The notes under the pieces were generated by a model. It worked only from the letters and a program-made list of their open reading frames with translations, had not been told where the DNA came from and made no database searches. DNA of 64,000 bases. Origin: a candidate division FCPU426 bacterium (GTDB lineage Bacteria; Oederibacteriota; Muellerivitia; Muellerivitales; Muellerivitaceae). Position numbers and translations under genes: made by a program. Location of the stretch: positions 96,001 through 160,000 of the forward strand of contig CAWKAR010000025.1 in NCBI GenBank assembly GCA_963847625.1, in the 5' to 3' direction. Below are positions 1 to 8,673 of this stretch, in pieces. Position 1 is the first letter of the stretch. Each line of letters begins with the position of its first letter.

Positions 1-3000
1 TGACCTGGTAGCCCTGCTTTTTCGCCGTGAGCAGGAATTCGGAGACGTAATTGGACAAGTATTCCCCGCCGCCCTCCTCCTGGCCTGGCCAGAGCGCGAA
101 GTCCCCGTCGGACAACTGCATCTTGCCCAGGTCGTCAATGGCGTCCTGCACGTACATTTCCACCGCGTTGGCCCTTCCGCTGAAACGCCCCGTCAAAAGG
201 CCCATATCCTTGAAGAAAAGAAGAGGGAAAGCCTGTGAGGTCCTCTGCTCGGCACAGCCATAGGGGTAATGGATGAGGTAATCCATGCTCCCCAGGAACG
301 TCAACAAGGGGCTGGAAGAAACCGTCATGCGGACCTTTTGTCCTTGCCGGATGAAGCCGCCGGGAACCGACAGGACCTGGGTCCCGCCCGCCCCCAACTG
401 GCCGAAGCTGATTTGCGTCGTCAAGGGATTGCCGGGCCTCACCGCCAGCTCGGTTTCCACGTCGAAATCGTTTCCATCCTCATCCGTGGCGGTCACCTTG
501 AAATGCGCCACGCCAGCGTCCATTTGGGCCTTGGCGTGGAACAGGATCTGTTTTTGCCCCTCCTCGCCCAGGCTGATATCCTGTTTTTTCTCGCCGTCGA
601 CCGCGACGGGACCGCTGGCGGAGAGGCTGACCTTGATGCTCTGGGGTTTCTTCGTGTTGTTATAGACCAGGACCGGCATGTCAATGTGGTCCCCGGGCGC
701 GAGAAACCGGGGAAAGGACGGCTCCACCACCACCGGATCCGCCACCTTCACGTGGAAGGCGGAAGCCCCGAATTTATTCGCCTGCACTCCCAGGGCCATG
801 ACCCTTACTTCCCCGTGGAACTTGTCCGTCGGGAAGTGGTAGCTGACCTTCCCCTCCTTGTCCGCCGTCAGGATGCCGGAGAAGAGGGCGAAGGATTTCA
901 CCCGTTTGGCTTCGATGGGGTTCAAATGGCGGAATTGGAAGGATTCACCCTCGTCCCCGCCCACCGCGTCCTTGCGGTCCAGGTCGGGAAGGATGTCCTC
1001 GAACAAGCTCAAGGTGGAGGTCGTGAGGCCCCGCTTGCGGTAGAAATACTTGAAGGGGTCGGGCGTGGTGAAAGCGATGATCTGGAGGATTCCCTCGTCC
1101 ACCGCGGCCAGGACCACGCTGGCCCCCGGCGTGCCGGTGGACAGGTTCACGTCGATGCCGTCCTTGGACTTTACGGACTCGGGCGCTTCCCACTTGAAGT
1201 CGATCTCATGGCTGGTGGTGTCCATCGCCAGGGTCGCGATCCCGAAGGAAGCCATCGGCATGGTCCTTAATTCCTCATTGGGCTTGCGCACCAGGAGCCC
1301 CACCACGTAGGCGTTGGGCATGTAGGCGGTCTCGACCGGGGGAAGGCTCAGCACGTTGAGCCCCGCCGCAACCGGCACCGTCGAGGTGTAAAAAACCCTC
1401 TCCCGTTCGATGGAAAGGATCAGCCTTCCGGCGAAGGGCGCGCGCACTTCCAGCTTGGGGATCTCGCCGGACTGGTATTGGGTCTTGTCGAGGTTGAGGG
1501 ACAGCTTGTCCGGCTCGCCCAGGTCGGCGGATTCCTGCTGGTTCTCCTCTTTTTCCTCGGGTCCGGACACCGCCACCATGACGGAACTGCGCATGGACTC
1601 CTCGTTGCCCAGGTAGATGGTGTATTCCCCCGGCTTATCCGGCGTGAAGGTGTAGGAACCCTTTCCGTCCACGTTGACTTCTTTGCCGTCCACCACCTGC
1701 TCGTAATAGGCCGACTCGTAGCCGCGTCCGGACCATCCGCTCCGCCTGAAAATGGAATACCAGACTTTGCGCTTGACGAGAAGGATGGCTTTTTCCACCT
1801 TGGTCGGGTCGCCGTCCGGGGTGATGGCCACGTACTTGATGTGGACTTCCTTATTGGGGGCCGATTCCTTACCTTCCTCGCACTTGAGGCCCAGGTAATA
1901 GGGATAGCGGTGGACCCGGATGGCGGCGTTGGCGCCGACGGGCCTCCCCCCGGTGTCCAACACCTCGGCATAGACCTCAGCCTGGAGCATGGAAGGAGGA
2001 AGCATGGAGATGGGCACGGGTAATTGCACGTCAAAATTGCCCGCCGCGTCCGTCGACCCGTCCGGGACCTTCAAACTTTCGCCCGTGAACTGCCGGGTGG
2101 GGTCGGAAAAATGGTAGCTTTTCCATTTCTTGTCCGTGAATTCAATCGGGCTCAATTGGACGGCGGTTCGCACCTTCAGGCTCACGCCCGGCGCCCCGAA
2201 GAGCTGGCGCACCGCGACCCGGAAGGAGAGTTGCTCCCCGGGATTGGCGGTTTTCTTGGCGGGACGCACCTCGACCTTGATCTTGTTGGGGATGAATTCC
2301 TCCACCTTAATGGAGGTGGACGCCAGGTGGACCCCGTTCTCCAGTCCCAGCTCGACGTTCAGCATGCCGGTGGTGATGTCCTCCTTAATGGGAAAATTGA
2401 AGGTCGCCATGCCGTAGTCATGGAGTTTGGCGGTGAGTTTGGCCACCTGGTTCCCGTTTTCATCCTTGATGACGAGGTTCACGGGAAGGTCCTCGGGGAT
2501 ATCCAGGTCCGCCCGCCTCACGACCGCCGTGAAATTGGCCTTGTCCCCGGGGCGGTAAAGGCCCCGGTCCGAGGTCAGGAACGCGTCCCATCCGGTGGAT
2601 TGGAAAGGATCCCCGCTCACGTCGAAGCGCGATTGGTTCAAGGCCGGCTGGTCCAGGCGGAGGTAGGACCAATCGTCCCCCAATTGGGCCACGACGACAT
2701 AGGCGTTGAAATGGTAGGGGTTGTTCTTCCAGTCCTTGAACCAGACCCGTCCCTCGGGATCCGTTTCCTTTTCCTGGATGACCTGGTTAGTGTCGGAAAT
2801 CAGCTGTAATTTCACCCCAACCGCCGGGGTCAGCCTGGAGATGGAAAGCACCTGCACCAAAAGGTCGTCGCCCGAGTACTTCAGCATCATGCCCAGGTCG
2901 GTGCAAAGGAAGGAACGGGAGTCCCGTCCGCCGCCGTTGGCTCCGTTCAGGGAAACCACGAATAGCCCCTTATAAGGCTGGCTGTGCCATTGGCTGAAAT

Positions 3001-5836
3001 CCAGGTCCGTTTCCGTTTCCTGGTTGATCTGCCCTTCGTTCACCTTCACGTTTCCGCCCCAGACATGGGCGCCCAACCCCGCGGTCGAGCCAGAATCGGA
3101 CTGGTAGTTATTCTCGCTGGGTTCGTCCCCTTCACCCTCATCCTCGTCCTCTTCCTGTTGCCGCTGGAAATAAGCGCGGCGCTGGGGCCGGCGGTAAGAG
3201 TGCCGGTAGTAGTAGTTGGGGTAACTGCGCCAGTTCTTCAGGAAATCGACGATGTTGTTGCGGAACACTTTTTCGACGCCGACGGAATAATTGTCCAGGT
3301 TCATGGTTTTAACCGAGACAATCTTTTTTCCCTCCAGAGGGATCAACCGCCCGTTATCGCCGAAACGCACGTAGGGCTCGATATCTTCCAGACGGATATC
3401 CTGGTCGCTGGCATGCTCCAGGATTTCCCCGGAAATGGCGCGCAGGCCCTCCTTCACGTGGATTTTGTAGTTGATGTTGGGTTGGAAATCCGCTTTCAAG
3501 ACGGCGTAGCAATATTCCGTATCCACCTTGAAGGGAATCGCCGGTTCGATGGACACGTTGTTGCGCACTTGGGAGGAAGAAGCCGGAAGCGTGAACAGGA
3601 TGGAGATCAGCGTGTTTCCCGGAACATGGTGGAGCTTGATCCCCTCCACCAGCATCTTGGGCTTGGCGGGAAGGGTGATGGTGCTTTGGTACTTGTCGGC
3701 CAGGGGCTTCCCGCAATCCACGCAGGACAAGCCCGCCGCCACGGTTACCGTCAGGGTCTGGGGTTCGGTTTCACGCACCAGCCCCCCCGCCTTGAAGAAA
3801 AACCGCGTGGGAAGGGTTCCCTGTTCCAGCTCGTAGTTCAGGGAGCTTCCCGCCCGGGATACGGAAAGGCTCTGTTTGAGCAGGTTCATGTCCACCGGAT
3901 AGTTGAACTCGATCTCGCCCACCAGCTCTTTTTCCGTTCCCTTGATGAGGTCGTAGGTATAGAAAAGCCGGCTGGAAACCACCTTCATGGCTTCGGTCGA
4001 AAAAGTGGTATTGGAGCTTTTTTCCAGGAAAAATTGTTTCGAGGAAAGCTTACCCGAGACGTTCAAGTGCACCTGGTAAGTGGTGGCGGGTTTCAGGGGA
4101 GCCGCGGGGGTGAAAACCAGGGTCGTGGAATCCTCCAGGCGGCTGGTTCCGGGCAGGGGGGGTGTAATCTCGAACGCGGAGTCCAAGGCGCTGATGACTT
4201 GGACGTCCCCGGAGAATTTGGCCCGGATGACCGTATTGGCCGAGGTCACCATTCCCCGGGGGGTAAAACTGATGATATGGGTGGTGAAAGTATTATAGAT
4301 CAAAAGATAAATCAGCCAGGCCGCGGCCAGGCACGCCAATATTAGGGCGGCCTTCCGGGCCAGGGGTTTCTTGGATAACTTCAATACGCTTTCCCCGCCT
4401 TTGGCTCCTTTTTGCTTGAGGAATCGGGCCGCCTTCTGGAAAAAAGGGCTTTGCCGCAGAATTTTCCATTTGGAACGCCAATCCAGGTCCGGCAATCCGT
4501 CCTTCTTGGCGATTTTTTCCGAAATTCCATAAGACTCGTAAAGACGGGTCAGATAGATAATCAATACTTGCAGGGACCAAGCCGGGTTTCTTTTGAGGAG
4601 GGCGAAAGGGATGGGGAGAAGGGCGTAGAGCCAGATCCAAGCCCGGAGGTTGCGGTGCTTCGTTTCCCGCATCCTTTCCCAAAACACCAGGAACAGCCCG
4701 GAAAGGATGAGGTGCAGCGCCAGCATCCAATTGTTTCTCTCGAAAAAATAGGGGGAATAAAAAGGGTTCATGAGGAACGTCAACCCGCCTACGGTGTAAA
4801 AAGCGAGAGCGCGGATGAAGGTTTGGGGTAATTTCAGGATTTGGGATCGGACCTGGGCGGTTAAAACCGTCAGGACGAGGATAACCATCGGGATGATCAG
4901 GGAACCGGTCTGGTTTTGAATGTAAATAAATCCCAAGAGCGAACCCAGGCTCAGGAAAACTTCCTTCGCGTGGGGTTTCAGCCAGGGATTCCAGCCCCAG
5001 AGCAAACCCAAAACCAGGATTTGGAAGGGCCAGCCGAAATTACCATGGAAGAAGTAATAATATGGAAGCATCGGGACAACGGCGAAAAGCGATAGATAAA
5101 GCCGCCCCCGGGTGGCATTCGCTTCCTTCAACTTTTCCCACAAAAGAAAAACCAGGGCCGAGAGCAGGAAATGGTGGATCAGGACGACCGGACCCCACCC
5201 TTTAATGACCTGTTGAACCCCGCGGACCGTTTCAAAGATGGGAAGTTCCGGCCAGTAGCGGTAGATCCAGTCCGTGAAATAAAACAGGACAAAGGCTTTT
5301 AGGATTTCGGGGTCCCGGCGGAATAAGAACCGGCGCAGCAGGGGGGAGACGCCCCAGAAAATGATGGAAATCCAGTAAACGGGGGGAAGCCCCATGAGGC
5401 AAACCGCGAAGGCGGCCGCCGTGAATACCGGCGGAAGAATATTGGAGTGGAATTTTTCGAGCGCCCGGATTTTTTTCAAATCATCCCGGACCATCTCCCA
5501 TCCCAAAAGAATCGTGGAATACACCACCAGGGCCAGCGCCGTGATCCAGACAATCTTCAGGTGGGAGCTGCTCGTCGGGACCTTATCGAAAAATTTCGGG
5601 GTCAGAAAGGAAAAGATCATCATGAGGGAAAAACCCTCAACCGCCCGGAAAGGATACTTCAGGTAAATCTTGCGCAGGAGGCCGACCGCCATGAACAACG
5701 GCAGGAACAGCCACAAATTTTTATTTTGGATCAGGAGGACGGCATTGGGGTGGTTCATCCAATTGGGAATGATTGCGACAAGGGCGATTAGAACGGTGAT
5801 TCCAAACCAGGCGTTTAATATTTTCCTGGGAATCAT
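1..5836 (-). CDS. Alpha-2-macroglobulin family protein (thioester type) with in-frame N-terminal polytopic membrane domain; 3' end runs off the window
   Basis: Not in the ORF track (no stop in window). ATG at 5836 with GAGGTG RBS; about 15 hydrophobic segments to ~4290; then Ig-like/MG domains (LVFTPAAPLKPATTYQV; PRFLAPGD); thioester motif YPYGCAEQ (CAEQ at 245-256). Start, internal TTG at 4384 and CAEQ are all in one frame. The middle portion was spot-translated, not read codon by codon. Confidence 0.9.
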   Translation of the reverse strand, partial: MIPRKILNAWFGITVLIALVAIIPNWMNHPNAVLLIQNKNLWLFLPLFMAVGLLRKIYLKYPFRAVEGFSLMMIFSFLTPKFFDKVPTSSSHLKIVWITALALVVYSTILLGWEMVRDDLKKIRALEKFHSNILPPVFTAAAFAVCLMGLPPVYWISIIFWGVSPLLRRFLFRRDPEILKAFVLFYFTDWIYRYWPELPIFETVRGVQQVIKGWGPVVLIHHFLLSALVFLLWEKLKEANATRGRLYLSLFAVVPMLPYYYFFHGNFGWPFQILVLGLLWGWNPWLKPHAKEVFLSLGSLLGFIYIQNQTGSLIIPMVILVLTVLTAQVRSQILKLPQTFIRALAFYTVGGLTFLMNPFYSPYFFERNNWMLALHLILSGLFLVFWERMRETKHRNLRAWIWLYALLPIPFALLKRNPAWSLQVLIIYLTRLYESYGISEKIAKKDGLPDLDWRSKWKILRQSPFFQKAARFLKQKGAKGGESVLKLSKKPLARKAALILACLAAAWLIYLLIYNTFTTHIISFTPRGMVTSANTVIRAKFSGDVQVISALDSAFEITPPLPGTSRLEDSTTLVFTPAAPLKPATTYQVHLNVSGKLSSKQFFLEKSSNTTFSTEAMKVVSSRLFYTYDLIKGTEKELVGEIEFNYPVDMNLLKQSLSVSRAGSSLNYELEQGTLPTRFFFKAGGLVRETEPQTLTVTVAAGLSCVDCGKPLADKYQSTITLPAKPKMLVEGIKLHHVPGNTLISILFTLPASSSQVRNNVSIEPAIPFKVDTEYCYAVLKADFQPNINYKIHVKEGLRAISGEILEHASDQDIRLEDIEPYVRFGDNGRLIPLEGKKIVSVKTMNLDNYSVGVEKVFRNNIVDFLKNWRSYPNYYYRHSYRRPQRRAYFQRQQEEDEDEGEGDEPSENNYQSDSGSTAGLGAHVWGGNVKVNEGQINQETETDLDFSQWHSQPYKGLFVVSLNGANGGGRDSRSFLCTDLGMMLKYSGDDLLVQVLSISRLTPAVGVKLQLISDTNQVIQEKETDPEGRVWFKDWKNNPYHFNAYVVVAQLGDDWSYLRLDQPALNQSRFDVSGDPFQSTGWDAFLTSDRGLYRPGDKANFTAVVRRADLDIPEDLPVNLVIKDENGNQVAKLTAKLHDYGMATFNFPIKEDITTGMLNVELGLENGVHLASTSIKVEEFIPNKIKVEVRPAKKTANPGEQLSFRVAVRQLFGAPGVSLKVRTAVQLSPIEFTDKKWKSYHFSDPTRQFTGESLKVPDGSTDAAGNFDVQLPVPISMLPPSMLQAEVYAEVLDTGGRPVGANAAIRVHRYPYYLGLKCEEGKESAPNKEVHIKYVAITPDGDPTKVEKAILLVKRKVWYSIFRRSGWSGRGYESAYYEQVVDGKEVNVDGKGSYTFTPDKPGEYTIYLGNEESMRSSVMVAVSGPEEKEENQQESADLGEPDKLSLNLDKTQYQSGEIPKLEVRAPFAGRLILSIERERVFYTSTVPVAAGLNVLSLPPVETAYMPNAYVVGLLVRKPNEELRTMPMASFGIATLAMDTTSHEIDFKWEAPESVKSKDGIDVNLSTGTPGASVVLAAVDEGILQIIAFTTPDPFKYFYRKRGLTTSTLSLFEDILPDLDRKDAVGGDEGESFQFRHLNPIEAKRVKSFALFSGILTADKEGKVSYHFPTDKFHGEVRVMALGVQANKFGASAFHVKVADPVVVEPSFPRFLAPGDHIDMPVLVYNNTKKPQSIKVSLSASGPVAVDGEKKQDISLGEEGQKQILFHAKAQMDAGVAHFKVTATDEDGNDFDVETELAVRPGNPLTTQISFGQLGAGGTQVLSVPGGFIRQGQKVRMTVSSSPLLTFLGSMDYLIHYPYGCAEQRTSQAFPLLFFKDMGLLTGRFSGRANAVEMYVQDAIDDLGKMQLSDGDFALWPGQEEGGGEYLSNYVSEFLLTAKKQGYQV

Positions 5837-5880
5837 AAAGCACCTCGCGGAACGGACAAACCGGCTTATATAATAAAGAG

Positions 5881-7017
5881 ATGAAACAAAAATTGATTTT
5901 CTGCAACCTTGTCATTCTTCTTGTCCTGGCCTCTCGGGTAGGTCACGGCCAGGAAAAAAACGCGTTCCTTTCGGTTCGTATCCTTGAAAGACTAAAACTG
6001 CAGGAATTGGAGGTTCAGTCCCCCGCGAATCATGGCGTTTGGAACCGAATCAAATTAGCACCGGGCCAAATGTCCGTCAACGACAAAGCACAAAAAGAGG
6101 CCTCCTGGGGCTCTCCGGATTCAACCGTTAAAATAAGGGCTTTAAATTTAAGGCGAATTTATCCTGGGATGATCGTCATCACAACGCAGGCCGGGGAAAA
6201 GGGTCCGGAACTGCTCATTTTAAACCAGGTCTTCCTGGGGGATTACACGGCTTGTGTCACGGCCTTTGAATCCGGTTATGACCCTTCCCAGCCGGAATAC
6301 TTGAAGGCGCTGGCGGCCATCATCCGCGCTTACGCCTCCTCACACCGCAAACGTCACGACTCCTATGATCTCTGCGACCTCTCCCATTGCCAAGTTTACC
6401 AAGGGCTCCCAAGCCATTTCAGTTTTTGGAAGCAAATGGCGGACGCAGGCACGTCATTCAGGTTTCCTTCATCAATAGATCCGAAATCCATTTATTTCCA
6501 CCGCTGTTGCGGAGGTGTTTTGGAGTCAGCGGACCAACTCTGGGGGGGAGCGCCTTCCGCCAGCCGGACGGGTCCAGATGAGTGGGATGGCAAAACCCTC
6601 TGCCAGGACGATCCTCTATTCCAGTGGACTTCCTCGACGGAGGTAAAAAACGTCGAGTCCGTCCTGAGAACCATGGCCCGTCTCCCTTCAGCGGCTGTCT
6701 TGAGAACATTCAGGGTCGATAAAAAAACAACTCATGGGCGGAACAAGGTATTGTCGGCGCGATTCCAAATGCCGGAAGGGGGAACCAGGGAAATCCGCGA
6801 AAATGCCATCCATTTCGAATCCGAATTCGGGAAACACTATGGCTGGCGCGTCTTTCCTAGTGATTTGTTCGGGATCAAACGGGAAGATGATATTTTCAAA
6901 TTTACCGGTCGGGGTCTTGGCCACGGTGTAGGGCTTTGCCAGTCCGGCGCCTTGAAACTGGCCCAATTGGGGTGGACCTGGGAAAAAATTCTTAACTTCT
7001 ATTTTCCTTCAAGGTGA
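5881..7017 (+). CDS. SpoIID/LytB-domain protein (lytic transglycosylase-like), signal peptide
   Basis: Motifs EYLKALA..IRAY, YDLCDLSHCQVYQG, FHRCCGG, GRGLGHGVGLCQSGA, ILNFYFP. Confidence 0.9.
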   Translation: MKQKLIFCNLVILLVLASRVGHGQEKNAFLSVRILERLKLQELEVQSPANHGVWNRIKLAPGQMSVNDKAQKEASWGSPDSTVKIRALNLRRIYPGMIVITTQAGEKGPELLILNQVFLGDYTACVTAFESGYDPSQPEYLKALAAIIRAYASSHRKRHDSYDLCDLSHCQVYQGLPSHFSFWKQMADAGTSFRFPSSIDPKSIYFHRCCGGVLESADQLWGGAPSASRTGPDEWDGKTLCQDDPLFQWTSSTEVKNVESVLRTMARLPSAAVLRTFRVDKKTTHGRNKVLSARFQMPEGGTREIRENAIHFESEFGKHYGWRVFPSDLFGIKREDDIFKFTGRGLGHGVGLCQSGALKLAQLGWTWEKILNFYFPSR

Positions 7018-7080
7018 CAACCATTCATGGCCGTCTTGAGGATCATAAATTTCCAGTTATGCACTTGGCCAAGCATATAT

Positions 7081-7661
7081 TCAGTCATTATTAGCCATTC
7101 TAATTTTTTTCTTCTCTTCCGCACGCCAGCGTTTGGAAACTTCCGCCTCGATGCCGACATGGTCGTAAACCCGGGCGATGACCGTATCCACAAGATCCTC
7201 AATGGTCTTGGGATTGCCGTAAAAGCTGGGAGTCGCCGGGATGACATGGGCGCCAGCCAGGGTGAGAAGTTCCATATTCTTGATTTGAATCAGGGATAGG
7301 GGTGTCTCCCGGGGAACCAATATCAGCTTACGGCGTTCTTTCAAGAACACCTCCCCAGAGCGGGTGATCAGGTTATCGGTAATGCCATGGGCCAGCTTCC
7401 CCAGGGTGGCGGTGGAGCAAGGAATGACCACCATGGCCTCAAATTTGTTGGAACCGCTGGCCGAGGGGGCTGTCAGGTCGTTTTCGCCCCATTCCCTCAC
7501 GTGGGGGGGAGGTTCAGCCCACCCTCATGGGACGCCACGATGCGGGCGGCGGAGGATACCACCGCGTGCACTTCCCAATCGTCATAGGGAAGGTGTTGGA
7601 AAAACCTTCTGGCATAGAGGGTCCCTGATGCGCCCGTCACCGCTACTAGGATCTTCTTCAT
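7081..7661 (-). CDS. ubiX: Flavin prenyltransferase UbiX, frameshifted as given (one base short in G7 tract 7503-7509)
   Basis: N-terminus MKKILVAVTGASGTLYA from ATG 7661; C-terminal part with ASGS, PCS, LKERRKLILVPRETP, PSFY in another frame. Confidence 0.9.
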
Positions 7662-7909
7662 GAACAAACCAGTCCCAATTTAGTTTTGTTTGGCCGTCAT
7701 TGTGCCAATCATCCAAAAAAATTATGGTAAGTATCCCTTTACAACAAGTAATAGCAAAAAGACATGGAACCGCCGATCAAACCCGATGGACGCCGATAAG
7801 TTTGAGAAAGCCTTAAACTATAGCCGTTATCGGCACGTGCGGAGCACGTCGGTCGTTATCTGCGGTAAATAAATTTCTTTACGTGTCGTGAAGGTATAGT
7901 CACCTTTTT

Positions 7910-8599
7910 TTATTTTCGGATTCCCATAATACTGACCGCGACTCCCATGGTCTTGCTATCGCTCACGACATCCTTGAACCCGCATTTTTCAACGAGTTTC
8001 CGGAATTCATCCGCCGTAGTGAAATTCTTGGCGGATTTCTGTAGATAATCGTAGGCAGTCTTGTCCTTGGAAACAACCCCTCCGCGAATGGGCAGAATCT
8101 TTCCGACATAAAATGCATAGGCCAATTTGGTCCAAAATCCGGTGGGCTTGAAAAACTCCAGAATCACGGCCCTTCCCCCGGTTTTCAACACCCTGGCGAT
8201 TTCCTTCAATCCCGCCTCCGCGGAATCCAGGTTACGCACCCCGAAACCGCAAACCACGGCGTCAAATGCCATGTCCTGGAATGGCAGTTTTAACGCGTCC
8301 GCCTCCAAAAGGTTGAAACCTTCTTTTGAGCCAATCTTCCCCTTGGCTAATTGAAGCATGGGTTTGGCAAAGTCCGCCAAGATGACTTGGGCCTTCGGAA
8401 CTTGTTCCTTAACCGCGAGGGCGAAATCCCCCGTTCCCGCGCAAAGGTCCAAAACCTTGTTCGGAACGAATCCCCCTTTTAAAAGCTGTTTCACCGATTC
8501 CTTCCGCCACTGGATGTCCTTGTTGAAAGACAATTGGTGGTTTGCCTGGTCATAAGTGCCCGCGATGCGGGAAAACATATCCTGGATAGTCGCGCTCAT
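7910..8599 (-). CDS. menG: UbiE/MenG family quinone methyltransferase
   Basis: MFSRIAGTYD..N..LSF, VLDLCAGTGD, DALKLPF, FGVRN, RVLKTGG; start taken at MSATIQ. Confidence 0.85.
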   Translation of the reverse strand: MSATIQDMFSRIAGTYDQANHQLSFNKDIQWRKESVKQLLKGGFVPNKVLDLCAGTGDFALAVKEQVPKAQVILADFAKPMLQLAKGKIGSKEGFNLLEADALKLPFQDMAFDAVVCGFGVRNLDSAEAGLKEIARVLKTGGRAVILEFFKPTGFWTKLAYAFYVGKILPIRGGVVSKDKTAYDYLQKSAKNFTTADEFRKLVEKCGFKDVVSDSKTMGVAVSIMGIRK

Positions 8600-8673
8600 T
8601 TTAAAACCTTTCAAATCTGGAATTTCAATTTGTAAACCCATCCCCCCTGGGATGGTTCCCTCACTAAAACCCG

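Noticed and set aside
269..4345. Long + strand ORFs (333, 181, 261, 453 aa) in the ORF track
   Set aside because: All are in exact antisense register to the A2M frame in GC-rich DNA; no recognisable motifs.
4293..4730. 145-aa minus-strand ORF
   Set aside because: Alternative frame overlapping the membrane-domain/A2M ORF.
7790..7865. Small inverted repeats (GCCGATAA/TTATCGGC; ACGTGC-GGA-GCACGT) between menG and ubiX
   Set aside because: Single occurrence, short stems, no recognisable RNA family.
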